DNA of 63,622 nucleotides, filler included, from Craspedostauros australis (lineage: Eukaryota), in the NCBI GenBank assembly GCA_030167865.1. It is 12 parts of 12 records of this genome, joined end to end, with 100 filler letters (N's around TTAATTAATTAA, not from the genome) between each part and the next. Parts side by side here need not be neighbours in the genome. Positions count along the whole stretch, not along the records: positions 35,330 to 38,353 come from JALAGF010005268.1; positions 38,454 to 40,223 come from JALAGF010005269.1; positions 40,324 to 47,507 come from JALAGF010005271.1; 9 more parts are not named here. One strand, written 5' to 3'. The translations under genes and the position numbers were made by a program. A model generated the notes under the pieces. That model saw only the letters and a program-made list of their open reading frames with translations. It did no database searches and was not told the origin of the DNA. This document shows positions 35,330-47,607 of the stretch, piece after piece (the stretch's first letter is position 1; every line of letters starts with the position of its first letter).

Positions 35330-38300
35330 AGCGGACCAACAAGCGGACCAACAAGCGGACCAACAAGCGGACCAACAAGCGGACCAACAAGCGGACCAAC
35401 AAGCGGACCAACATCTGGACCAACAAGCGGACCTACTTCTGGACCAACCTCTGGACCAACATCTGGACCAACATCTGGACCAACTTCAGGACCAACCTCT
35501 GGCCCAACATCCGGACCTACTTCGGGACCAACCAGCGGACCCACATCCGGACCCACATCAGGACCGACATCTGGACCAACCTCTGGACCTACTTCGGGCC
35601 CAACATCTGGACCTACCAGCGGACCTACCAGCGGACCAACATCCGGCCCAACGTCTGGACCAACGTCTGGACCAACGTCTGGACCAACCAGTGGACCAAC
35701 CAGTGGACCAACCAGTGGACCAACCTCTGGACCAACCTCTGGACCAACCTCTGGACCAACATCCGGACCAACCAGCGGCCCAACNNNNNNNNNNNNNNNN
35801 NNNNNNNNNNNNNNNNNNNNNNNNNNNNNNNNNNAGCGGCCCAACTTCGGGACCTACTTCCGGCCCAACCAGTGGACCAACCTCCGGACCTACCTCTGGA
35901 CCTACCTCCGGACCAACCTCCGGACCAACATCTGGGCCAACATCCGGCCCAACTAGCGGGCCAACCAGCGGACCAACATCTGGACCAACTTCCGGGCCTA
36001 CTTCTGGACCAACCAGCGGCCCAACTTCGGGACCTACTTCCGGCCCAACCAGCGGACCAACCTCTGGACCAACGTCCGGACCAACATCTGGACCAACTAG
36101 CGGACCAACTAGCGGACCAACTAGCGGACCAACTAGCGGGCCAACCTCTGGACCAACATCTGGACCAACCTCTGGACCAACATCTGGACCAACCTCTGGA
36201 CCTACTTCGGGACCAACAAGCGGACCAACAAGCGGACCAACAAGCGGACCAACATCTGGGCCTACCTCGGGACCAACTAGCGGACCAACATCTGGACCAA
36301 CCAGTGGACCAACTTCTGGACCAACCAGTGGACCAACTTCCGGACCTACCTCTGGACCAACCAGCGGCCCAACTTCGGGACCTACTTCCGGCCCAACCAG
36401 TGGACCAACCTCCGGACCTACCTCTGGACCTACCTCCGGACCAACCAGCGGCCCAACATCTGGACCAACCTCCGGACCAACATCTGGGCCAACATCTGGA
36501 CCCACCAGCGGCCCAACCAGCGGACCAACTTCCGGACCAACATCTGGACCTACTAGCGGCCCAACTTCCGGACCCACCAGCGGACCAACATCCGGCCCAA
36601 CTTCCGGCCCAACTAGCGGACCAACTAGCGGACCAACATCTGGACCAACATCTGGGCCAACATCCGGCCCAACATCTGGACCAACCTCTGGACCAACCTC
36701 TGGACCAACTAGCGGACCTACCAGCGGACCAACGTCAGGACCAACATCTGGACCAACATCTGGACCAACCTCTGGACCAACCTCTGGACCAACCTCTGGA
36801 CCAACTTCAGGACCAACCAGTGGACCAACATCCGGACCAACTTCCGGCCCAACAAGCGGACCAACATCTGGACCTACTAGCGGACCAACATCTGGCCCAA
36901 CATCTGGACCAACTTCCGGACCAACCAGTGGACCAACCAGCGGCCCAACCAGCGGCCCAACTAGCGGGCCAACTAGCGGACCAACTAGCGGACCAACTAG
37001 CGGACCAACTAGTGGACCAACCAGTGGCCCAACTTCCGGCCCAACATCTGGACCTACTTCCGGCCCAACTAGTGGACCAACTTCGGGGCCAACATCTGGC
37101 CCAACATCTGGACCAACATCTGGACCAACCAGCGGACCAACTCCACAGCCAACATCCCAGCCAACAGCCAGTGCTGCACCAACCAACTGCGTTGATCCAG
37201 ATGGCGCCAAGCTCGTCGAATCCACTGATCCTTCCTACACTGCCGACCCCAAGCCAATCATCCTCACATTCGAGAGCGACGATGCAACACTTGTCGAATT
37301 CGACTTCGTTCAGAACATCATCAACGGAGTCATCCCTCATGTCTTCATCAAGTACCACAAGTCTGAGACTGGTATCAAGGAATGTGCTGAGTTTACAAAT
37401 GTCGGAGAGAACACTCCAATCTCGCTTTCTGCCGAGTGTGTGGACATGTCCACGAATGTGGTGATCTACATCTACACTGGNNNNNNNNNNNNCAGTGAGA
37501 ACTGCGAGGCATGCAGCCTTCCAAGTGATGACGGCGAAGGTGGCTCAGGCAATCCAGACAGCTTTGCTGCGTACTACTTTGATGTTCCATGCAACACCGA
37601 GTGTATCGAACCAACTGCAGCCCCAACTTCGGCGCCGACCAGCGGACCAACCTCGGGACCAACCTCTGGACCAACATCCGGACCAACCTCTGGCCCAACA
37701 TCTGGACCAACATCCGGCCCAACTAGCGGACCAACATCTGGACCAACTTCGGGACCAACCAGCGGACCAACCAGCGGACCAACATCCGGTCCAACCTCTG
37801 GACCAACTTCTGGACCAACTAGCGGACCAACCAGCGGACCAACCTCTGGACCAACTAGCGGGCCGACTTCCGGACCAACAAGCGGACCAACTAGCGGCCC
37901 AACTTCGGGACCAACATCCGGCCCAACGTCTGGACCAACCAGTGGACCAACTTCAGGTCCAACATCTGGACCAACATCTGGCCCAACATCTGGACCAACT
38001 TCCGGACCAACCAGTGGCCCAACTAGCGGGCCAACATCTGGTCCAACTTCTGGCCCAACTTCGGGACCAACCAGCGGACCCACATCTGGACCTACTTCCG
38101 GCCCAACCTCTGGACCAACCTCTGGACCAACCAGTGGACCAACCTCTGGGCCAACTTCTGGACCAACTAGCGGCCCAACTTCGGGACCAACATCTGGACC
38201 AACCGGCGGCCCGACTTCGGGACCTACTTCGGGCCCAACCTCTGGACCAACCTCTGCACCAACCAGCGGACCAACCTCTGGGCCAACATCTGGACCAACT

Positions 38301-38353
38301 AGCGGCCCAACATCTGGACCAACCAGCGGACCAACTTCGGGACCAACCTCGGG
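35330..38353 (+). CDS. Mucin-like protein fragment: about 200 GPTS tetrapeptide repeats around a Cys-rich globular domain (about 37170-37610); both ends in gaps
   Basis: The GPTS frame reads through into the non-repetitive domain CVDPDG...ECAEFTNV...AECVD...CEACSLP...YYFDVPC. Confidence 0.9.
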
Positions 38354-38504
38354 NNNNNNNNNNNNNNNNNNNNNNNNNNNNNNNNNNNNNNNNNNNNTTA
38401 ATTAATTAANNNNNNNNNNNNNNNNNNNNNNNNNNNNNNNNNNNNNNNNNNNNTGCACCCTCGCCACAGTCCTGTACGCAGTGGCAACCCCAACCCACAC
38501 ATCT

Positions 38505-38690
38505 CTGACCCTAACCCTAACCCAGGTCTTGGCCCTCTGGACCCCTAGCCCTAACCCCAGCCCTAACCCTAACATTGAGTAACTTCATGGCTCTGTCTGA
38601 GTAATGTCAGCCACACGCAGTTGCCTCCCTCGTCTCTTCCAAGTTGCCGAAACTCCAACCGGAACCCCAACCCTAACTCTAGCCCTGAAC
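38505..38690. repeat. Degenerate CCCTAA (telomere-like) hexamers
   Basis: CCCTAACCCTAACCC...CCCTAGCCCTAACCCCAGCCCTAACCCTAAC, plus a short run near 38665. Confidence 0.55.
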
Positions 38691-39836
38691 AACTGCTTCC
38701 CTCNNNNNNNNNNNNNNNNNNNNNNNNNNNNNNNNNNNNNNNNNNNNNNNNNNNNNNNNNNNNNNNNNNNNNNNNNTTGCTTTTCTCCCACTTTTTTGCT
38801 TCCTGCACTGTTTCGATCCATTTCAACGGCCGCCGTTCCAGCGTTTTTGATTCGATTTCACGATTTTTACAGTTTGTTTCGTCGGAGGTATCTTCCAGAA
38901 CGTTCTTTGAACTCTTTGGCGCCAATGAAAAGTAATCAATATTGTCGATTGTGACTGCGGTATCCGGACAGACGCCATATCTNNNNNNNNNNNNNNNNNN
39001 NNNNNNNNNNNNNNNNNNNNNNNNNNNNNNNNNNNNNNNNNNNNNNNNNNNNNNNNNNNNNNNNNNNNNNNNNNNNCCATTTCCATCGGCATCCCTTGGC
39101 AACTGCACGTACCATACTCGCTCGCCATCATCTTTTTTCAATCAAGAGCATCATGCACAAACACGTTCATCTTCTGAAGTGCTTCATCCCGCGCCCAACT
39201 GCCATCTCTCATTGCTTCGATCAATTGACCGATCGCCGCTCGTGTTCAGTTGGTGGGTTGTACCGTTACGGTCACTCATTCCTGCTTGTGCGACCGTNNN
39301 NNNNNNNNNNNNNNNNNNNNNNNNNNNNNNNNNNNNNNNNNNNNNNNCATATCTGCTGAGTAAAACCTGGCACGTTGGCTCGAAGGCTTCGTTGAGAATC
39401 TCAACGCACGAGCCATCCAAAGAGACAGACTCAGAGAAACAAAGACAAGAAACAAGTCAACACAAGAGATGAAAGGGGCCACGTGTTGACTGGTGGGAAA
39501 CATCGCGTCGCGTGGCTTCGCATCATCCGTTGCCATTTCCATTTTCATCGGCATCCCTTGGCAACCGCACGTACCATACTCGCTCGCCATCATCTTTTTT
39601 CAATCAAGAGCATCATGCACAAGCACGTTCATCTTCTGAAGTGCTTCATCCCACGCCCAACTGCCATCTCTCATTGCTTCGATCAATTGACCGATCGCCG
39701 CTCGTATTCAGTTGGTGGGTTGTACCGTTACGGTCACTCATTCCTGCTTGTGCGGCTGTGACAATTCCAACGCATCACAATGCACCACACCACAACACAC
39801 CATCACCCACCACAACACACCACAGCGCAAAGAGAA

Positions 39837-40894
39837 ATGAACATGGCAGACGATCCCTCCATCTCATTGGAGGATGAGGATAACAAATCCTCCATGAGCT
39901 TCGACTCCAAGGCCAACGAGATGTGCCTCAACACGCTCGGCGGTCCCACCAAGCCCAAGANCAGATCCTGCAAGCTTCTCAATGTCCCCAAGACAAGACC
40001 AGATCCTGCTGCAAAATGAGGGACATCCTCCTGGCCGCAGCGGATTCTGATCCTTCGTCTCTCACAAAGGCGGGATGTTCCAGGACGATCCGCGACTGGG
40101 TGAGAGGCACGGATATGGCACCAGCGCCTGTGGTCTTCAAAGGTGAAAAATCCGACATCGCGGTCTCCGCCTACGTTGACGATCAGAGGGTGCGCGGCAG
40201 GGGCATTTACGAAATCCGCACGANNNNNNNNNNNNNNNNNNNNNNNNNNNNNNNNNNNNNNNNNNNNTTAATTAATTAANNNNNNNNNNNNNNNNNNNNN
40301 NNNNNNNNNNNNNNNNNNNNNNNTGGGCGTTTTCTCATTGATCTTGTCAATGACATGGGTGTGAAGAGCGGAAATTTCTCTGGGTATCACATCCGAGTCC
40401 CTTCTTCAATCCACGACTTCGACAAGTGGACTGCGACAGTCCCTGTCGACATGCCATTGGTCGCCAATCGTGCCCTCGTGATTCGCGGACCCAGCACTTA
40501 CGGCTGGCATCGCAATCCGCACGACTTCTACTTAACCGACGAAGAAGCTGGGAGNGCAAGAATTGCGCTTGGATCCACCATGGCAAGCATCGAAGGATCG
40601 GAGCATCGGAAGTACTCCTACTGGCTTCTCATTTTCCCTGCTGGTGTTGCGTTCGACCACAACGTCTTCGAAAAACTCACNGACAACGCCATCCGCACTC
40701 ACATCTCTGTGCAAGAGGCAGACGAAACCGCAACTGAGCTCGGGTGTGTCACTTATGGAGCATCGGCATACTGGAAAGTCGTGGTGCAAGGCGGTCGCTT
40801 GAATGCCAAGCCTGCCGCGAAGGGCATGAAGAACTATCTCGCCATGTTGAAGGCGAAGAAGACTGGCGGTGGAAATGGCGATGGCGACGTCTAG
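39837..40894 (+). CDS. Hypothetical protein, probable transposon accessory ORF (broken by linker and ambiguous bases)
   Basis: Coding-like ORF 40355-40894 (179 aa) plus frameshifted ORF pieces 39837-40223; whether the two parts belong together across the linker is uncertain. Confidence 0.5.
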
Positions 40895-41075
40895 GTAGTA
40901 GTTGGTACAGCACAGCACAACACAGAACAAGAGCAGCTGCAATTGGAACTGCGGCATCGACGTAACAAGATAATGAGTGAACATGTGAAGTATAGTATTG
41001 ATTGGTATGTTGCCTAGTTTAGTGTCCTACTGATATGGTGGGGTTGGTGTTGTGCTGCGCTCTGCCTTGTGTCCA

Positions 41076-41492
41076 TCAGGCCATGCCCGGATTGCGAGGG
41101 ATTTCATCAACACCAACGAAGCGATGATCCGCGTCATCGCCAAGCTGTACACGGATCTGCGATGCTTGCTTCATCTTCCGAATAAGGATGTTTTGGAAGC
41201 CTCCGATATCCCCAGTGTCGAGGATGTTGCACTCGCACATCGCCATCGCAAGCTTGTCGACCAGCTTGTTGATATCAGCATGCTGTTGCAAGATCGCCTC
41301 GACTTTGTTCTCTGGGATCTTGCGGCGCTTGACGTTGTCCTTGCTGATCGCGGTTGCCTTCAGATGCCCGTTGTCCAATTGCAAGATAACCGGAATGCGA
41401 GTCTTCGTTCGTGCCTTCTGGGTATTCACCCACCCAATAAGGCCTTTGTACTTGCCACCAACGGCTGTGATTGGTTTTCCTTTCATTGCCAT
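41076..41492 (-). CDS. 138-aa basic protein with N-terminal KOW-like motif; probable transposon accessory ORF
   Basis: ATG-started ORF MAMKGKPITAVGGKYKGLIGWV..., divergent from the transposase. Confidence 0.6.
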   Translation of the reverse strand: MAMKGKPITAVGGKYKGLIGWVNTQKARTKTRIPVILQLDNGHLKATAISKDNVKRRKIPENKVEAILQQHADINKLVDKLAMAMCECNILDTGDIGGFQNILIRKMKQASQIRVQLGDDADHRFVGVDEIPRNPGMA

Positions 41493-42054
41493 GTTGTTCT
41501 GGAAGAGATGAACTATGGCATCATCATCTGTGCCAACATGTTGACAACAGCAACAGTAACAGCAACGCGACTAGTGGCAATGCTCGTGGTTGGCAACTCG
41601 CGAACACGGGGCCCAACGAGTAACAGTAACAGCGATTGAATTTGATTTCGCGGGTTTGAGACANNNNNNNNNNNNNNNNNNNNNNNNNNNNNNNNNNNNN
41701 NNNNNNNNNNNNNACGAGTAACAGTAACAGCGATTGAATTTGATTTCGCGGGTTTGAGACATGTCGCCAAAGGGGTTGGCTCGATTACTTCTCTGTGCAC
41801 GAGTATGATCACATGTTGCTGTTTGCTTTCGTGCGCGCTGGCGATTTCGTGGCGTTCGGTTGTTTTGATCGATCGCATCGCCATCGGCTGTAGCGTTCAC
41901 GGCACACTGTTGATTCTTCAACCAGAAGTGCAAGTTGTACAACTACTGTCAGCATTAGCATCAGCATTAGCATAAAGAGTAGCAAGAGGAACATCAGACT
42001 TCGCAACAACAGCAACAGCAACGAAGACAATCATCGCGCACCAACCACTGCAGC

Positions 42055-43074
42055 ATGTTTTTGAGTCCAAACACTGTTCTCACGCTCGGGCTTCAGCTGG
42101 TGGGGATTCAACACACCGAACAAACATCAAAACGCACTCTTGTCAAACTCTTCCGACAACATTACGGTTCCAATCCGCTTGATGTTGCCGAGATCTGGTT
42201 TGACTTGTGTCATACGACGATCTCTGAAGCTGCGATTGGCACGAAAGAGCAAACAATGAAAGGGTTCACATTCTATATGATTGCTCTCTATTATCTGTGG
42301 CTCTATCCAAAGAACTCGGGCGTCATCGTTTCCCGTTTCGGTATCTGTGAGCGGTATGCCCGAGGCGAAGCANTTTGGAACTGGATCAAACGCATCGCAG
42401 CATTGCGCGCAAAGAAGATCGTCTGGACCAAGTCGTTGGACCACCCCAATTCAGCCATTTTCGCAGTGACGGTTGATGGCACTGATTTCCGCACGTGGGA
42501 ACCCAAGCACCCAACACTGCCAGTGGACCGAGCGCAGTTCTCTCACAAATTTAATCATNNNNNNNNNNNNNNNNNNNNNNNNNNNNNNNNNNNNNNNNNN
42601 NNNNNNNNGGAACCCAAGCACCCAACACTGCCAGTGGACCGAGCGCAGTTCTCTCACAAATTTAATCATGGCGCGGTGAAGTACGAGATCGCAATTTCGG
42701 TCTTCACATCAAAATGCGTTTGGATCAACGGTCCATTTCCAGGCGGAACACATGACAGAACCATCTTCCGCCAAGGTCTCAAGGACAAAATCGCAAGAGG
42801 CAAATTGGCCATCGCCGACCGGGGATACCAAACAAGCGAACCCAACGAACGCAAAAAANTGTCATTGCCAAGCGGCACAGATTCGNGACACCTCGCCAAG
42901 TTCAAGAGCCGAGCTCGTTGCCGACANGAGAGCTTCAACGGTCGGATCAAAAAATTCAAGATCATGGATGACACCTTTCGCCACGGTCACCAGTGCCATG
43001 TACACGCCTTCGAAGCTGTGTGTGTGATTCTGCAGTACCAAATGGACAACGGGTCTGAATTGTTCGCAGTGTAG
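42055..43074 (+). mobile_element. PIF/Harbinger-superfamily (DDE_Tnp_4-like) transposase
   Basis: VDGTDF, SHKFNHGAVKYEI, WINGPFPGGTHD, IADRGY and RxESFNGRIKKF give a D-D-E triad; repeated CATTAATGAGAAA subterminal-like motifs at 43321-43393. Confidence 0.9.
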
Positions 43075-44152
43075 CTTGTTCATGCTTCATTGTCACTAGT
43101 AACAAAATTAGCCCACTATTGTTGTGCTTATTCCTTGTCATCTCGGGTGTTGAGACTCATGTTGCTGTATTTGTTTGGTAATCATCTGTCGTCAAGTTGC
43201 GTGGGCAGAGAAGACCGGCTGCGATGGAATGTCAGTGTGGCACGTCATTCACGAGTGATTGAGGCTGGTCTTGTAGAATTGCGCTGGGCCCAATTGCTTT
43301 TCATTTTTTGGAGCGAAACTCATTAATGAGAAACGCGTTTTCATTAACCATTTTATTTTACATTATCGGGACTGGCTTTACATTAATGAGAAAGCGAAAA
43401 CCATTTTTCATTGCGCTTGCCATTTTTTGTTCCGGAGAGATATTTCACGGGACTCGATAGCTTCAACAACAAATATCAATACGGCAGGTGCATGCCTGAA
43501 TGAATGTCATTGATATTAAAGTGAGAGCCATTATTTAACATATCATTCCCAACGTACTTTTTACAGCGATGGCCTTCTAAGAGGAGAACGAAGCGAAGAA
43601 TTGAAGGAGAAGAGCGATGAGGTCGAATTAGTCGAATACTGACGTGGTTGATACATTTGCCGAGTGTCCCTGCACTCGCGCTTGTTTTTCTCATGTAGCA
43701 TGCCTCCATGAGTATAGAGAGAAAGGAGAAAAGAAACGCACACCACATCCGCATAAAGATAGTCTCAACAGTGGATGTGTCCTCGCAGTTAGTCTTCAGG
43801 AGAGAGGGCACACGGAGAGAGCAGAATACAAATAATAATGTTCCAATATAATATTGTTATGCACTCCTGATTTACGATTACTTTTCATACATACATGCCC
43901 GCACTGCCCTGCTCTCTCCTCTCAATGCTGTGTGCGCGCTGCATTCCGTCAGAACACCCGTAGAGCGAGAGAGAGAGAGAGACCGTCGCATCCGCTTGTA
44001 ATCGTGCGCTCGTGTTGTGCAACAAGTAGTAGCACATCACAAGTACTATGATCACATGTGTACGGGCTGGTGGATGGAGCTCAAAGGTATTGCTGTATAT
44101 CTTTTGCTCCTTTCCAGTCTATTCTATGCCCAACATCCGACCCTACTCTACT

Positions 44153-45184
44153 CTATTCGTTCACGCTGCTCACCTGCTGCGAAATCGCAAGCAAGCACAG
44201 CATCAGAGCAGGGTCCGCATCGGACCGCACCATGGAGATGTTGTCGGCCAGCGACAAGCTCGCATCGTTGGATTCACGTTCTTGGATCTCCTCGATCGAT
44301 GTTGCAACCGTGTTGGCGGGGCTGCGGTATTCCTCTGCCTCCAGGTCGGTGTGGTTGGCATGATTGGGAAGCTGCCGGATGGTCCATCCCAACTGTTTCT
44401 TGCGATGCCGCGACGTAGATCCGGCCGCTGGTGTCGACTCGCCGTACTCGAAGCTGTACTTTCGGGACACGGCTGATGATGTTCCTTCGTGTTGCTTGAT
44501 GTCCATGAAGACACTCCGGATTGTAGCTGACGCAGCGGGCGATTCGTCCGTGGGTACTGACCGCACGCAGCCCTTGATGTCCGCCCAAAGCTGCATGTTT
44601 TGCCTGGGCTTGCGCCGGCCGTTGTGCGGCGGACCGGCAGCATTCGAGTACACCTTGTACTTGAACATGCTCGCGCACTGCGAGGATGTCTTGCGACCCC
44701 GACAGCGCTTGCGCAAGATCTTGGCGGCCACCTGACCGAACTCGTCCCACAGCAACAGCTTCTCGCCGCTGCTGCAGATCTGCAGTGTCGACGCGGGCTT
44801 GGTGTTGGGGGAGGCCACCAGCTGCTTCTCCATGATCTTGTACACCACATCTCCTCGTTTGTTCGCGCATTTCTTCATGGTCAGCTTTGCGGATCCCGGA
44901 GAAGAGATGATTTGTGGAATGGAAGGGCAAAGGGAGGCGGTTTCCAAGCTCAGGGAGGTGGAGGACATGTCATTGTCGGTGACGGCTTCGCCTTCGACGC
45001 TGTTGGCTGCTCGCTTTCTGCCATTGTCGAGAGGCGTCAACTGTGACAATCCCTTGGATCGGTCGGCACCATGAGCCACCGCCATTGCAGCATTCGCTAC
45101 TCCAGCCCTGGATCCAGGTTCGGCCCGGTCCTTTCGTGAAGTCGATTTGTCTGCTGCGCTAGGTCTGAATCTGAAGAAAGGCAT
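44153..45184 (-). CDS. Hypothetical protein, possible tubby/LURP-one-like beta-barrel
   Basis: 343-aa ATG-started ORF with beta-strand pattern ending in hydrophobic helix DPALMLCLLAI; fold assignment by eye. Confidence 0.65.
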   Translation of the reverse strand: MPFFRFRPSAADKSTSRKDRAEPGSRAGVANAAMAVAHGADRSKGLSQLTPLDNGRKRAANSVEGEAVTDNDMSSTSLSLETASLCPSIPQIISSPGSAKLTMKKCANKRGDVVYKIMEKQLVASPNTKPASTLQICSSGEKLLLWDEFGQVAAKILRKRCRGRKTSSQCASMFKYKVYSNAAGPPHNGRRKPRQNMQLWADIKGCVRSVPTDESPAASATIRSVFMDIKQHEGTSSAVSRKYSFEYGESTPAAGSTSRHRKKQLGWTIRQLPNHANHTDLEAEEYRSPANTVATSIEEIQERESNDASLSLADNISMVRSDADPALMLCLLAISQQVSSVNE

Positions 45185-46415
45185 GATTGCACGAGTTTGT
45201 ATGCGGTCAAGGATCTGATGGGTTTCCTGTGTGTGGTTGCAGATATCGTTGCGCTTGTCTTCTGATGGCTGGCGGTGTTCAATTTATGTGAGGATGAAAG
45301 ATGATCAAATTGTACCCTCTGCTGTTTCGGGAGTTGCCGTTTTCGTTACTGCTGTTGCTTTGGTGGCGACGATACTGACTGAGCCGATTGCGAAGGGAGT
45401 GTGTTGTGCCGGAAAGGGCGGTGTGCATAGAGTCTCTCTGCCGGGTCGTCTCGATGACTCTGGAAGCTTTCTTTTGCTTGTGTTGGATTAGGATGGCACG
45501 CTATCGTACATTTAGGATAGGGAGGTGCAATTGCGTGCTTTTCGCGTTTGTGTGGTGTGGTGTTGTGCATCCTCTTTCAGCGAAGTCGATTTTGTGAGGC
45601 GAGATGGAAGCACGACCACACAGCCCGAAAGGTCGTCGCCTTTTTGTTGATGTGTCTGGCGTTCTCGCCAAGGACCACTCCACGAGTTTAAATGAAGCTT
45701 CGCTACCCTCCTCTCTCGCCTCGTTGCGCCCAACCAAGACCCCTCCACCCACAGCCAAGACCAAGACGGTCCATGTAGCTCGCATCAGGACCGACATCAA
45801 TCTTGCGCTGTGTGCTATCGCGACATGAGAAAAATCATTTCTGAGTTCGGCATCGCGAATCGGCATCGGCCCCAGACCTCTCCTTCTCGCCGTCCCGCAT
45901 GGCACATCACTCTGGCAGAATGCTTGTGCATTGATCGTACTGCTGGCCGCTTCAGATGCCTCTGCTGTGCTCGTTTGTCATGTCAGCGGTCCCATCGCGT
46001 TCCATGCACTTCCGCAAAGTGCAATTCTGTCTACTCTTGCGGAGACCTGTCATCACCGCCGTTCATACTATTAGTCGCACAAATCAGCGTGTTTGGCGAA
46101 CTGCCGCGCGCATTGTCCACGTTCATGCCGCGGAACAGGTGTTCGCTTTCTCCCACGATTGAGGAGTTGGACTCACATGAATAGATTCTCTGAAATCCGG
46201 GTGGCTCAAAGCTAAAGCGAAACTGGTATGTGCAGGCAGTGCAGGTAGAGAGGAGACCACAAGACCAAGGTCAGTTGCATGCGCCCCCAATTTAGCCACC
46301 TATTGTTATCACCCGCCGTACGCGTATGACATGCATGCGGCTATGTTGAGCTGGAGCCGAGTCGCCGTGGCGCACTCGAAACCGCTCTTGACTCCCAATC
46401 GACCATGGCACGGCG

Positions 46416-47507
46416 TCACACGTACCGCAGAAGGAACTGCATCACCGCGTCATGATGATCGGAGACCATCTCATGATGCGCGTAGCAAATCGCGAGTTCC
46501 TGTTCCACACATGCCCACAGCCAAGTGTGATGCGCGAAGCTGGTGCGGGGCCATGATGAGTACCTCTCCTCTTTGTTGGAATGGGCGATGTGCATGTCGA
46601 GGAAGACATTGGATGGAATGCTCAGCTCTGCGCCGTCCTGCAGCACGGACAAGTGGTCGTACCCCAGGCGCTTCAGGATGGGATCGATGAGCCAGCGATC
46701 GGGACGTTGGATCAGCTGGTAGTCATCGTCGCTCACGAATCCACCTTCCTGCAATTCATGGATGAGCCGTCGGCATCCTTCGTTGCCCAATTCTGGCAGG
46801 TACTGTTCACAACGCTGCGGCGTGAATGGTCTTGGATGTATCCGGAATTCCTCGTGGATGGAGTTGGTATGATCCAGGATCTCATAGTTGTCCTCCACGT
46901 TCTCGTGCGTGTTGGAATCGCGCGGCATGTGAATCCATATCGATGGCGCGTACGCGGTGGTGTTGTCAATGTTGGCGAGGTTGTCAACGTCGTCGATATA
47001 GTGGTAGGTGGAGTACAATGCCATGGCGGCGAAGTCGTAGTCCTCATCTTCCAACCAGAAGACCTCCGAGACGCCCATGGACATGCCCGTGGCCAGGATG
47101 CGGAGCGCGTTCCGTTCGTCATCGTCGTTGTTGTTGTTGCCGTTGGTTTTGCCGCTTGCATTCTCTTCTCCGTGAGTAGCATCCGCATCTGCCTGTTCCT
47201 TTCCAGTGTGCACCTTGAACCCCGTGACCCTGGTGAATTCGTCAATCTGCTTCTGAACCAACGGCATGTCCCTGTGACTCCAGCAGCCGGATGGTTTCGA
47301 TGCCGTGAAGGATATGATGGCGAGGTTGTGCCTCAGCGTCGCATGGGCAACGATGCGGTCTTGCGGTAGAATAAAGAAATCGACGCCAGTGTGCCTGCAG
47401 CCGTGGAAGAAGAAGAGCACTGCCGTTGGTGATCCGCTTGGTGGGAGCATGTAGTATGCCGTTGGGGCATCGTTGGCGTTGAGCATCTTGGGCACGAGAG
47501 CACCATA
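46416..47507 (-). CDS. Alpha/beta-hydrolase-like protein, 5'-partial
   Basis: LFFFHGC, nucleophile-elbow-like GMSMG, HMPRD and C-terminal HHEM. Confidence 0.78.
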   Translation of the reverse strand, partial: YGALVPKMLNANDAPTAYYMLPPSGSPTAVLFFFHGCRHTGVDFFILPQDRIVAHATLRHNLAIISFTASKPSGCWSHRDMPLVQKQIDEFTRVTGFKVHTGKEQADADATHGEENASGKTNGNNNNDDDERNALRILATGMSMGVSEVFWLEDEDYDFAAMALYSTYHYIDDVDNLANIDNTTAYAPSIWIHMPRDSNTHENVEDNYEILDHTNSIHEEFRIHPRPFTPQRCEQYLPELGNEGCRRLIHELQEGGFVSDDDYQLIQRPDRWLIDPILKRLGYDHLSVLQDGAELSIPSNVFLDMHIAHSNKEERYSSWPRTSFAHHTWLWACVEQELAICYAHHEMVSDHHDAVMQFLLRYV

Positions 47508-47607
47508 NNNNNNNNNNNNNNNNNNNNNNNNNNNNNNNNNNNNNNNNNNNNTTAATTAATTAANNNNNNNNNNNNNNNNNNNNNNNNNNNNNNNNNNNNN
47601 NNNNNNN

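Noticed and set aside
35278..38409. Long overlapping ORFs (VGP- and DQP-repeat) in other frames
   Set aside because: By-product of a stop-free 12-bp repeat; only the GPTS frame continues through the globular domain.
39077..39760. About 220-bp tandem duplication
   Set aside because: Adjacent to several gaps; could be haplotype or assembly duplication and cannot be validated.
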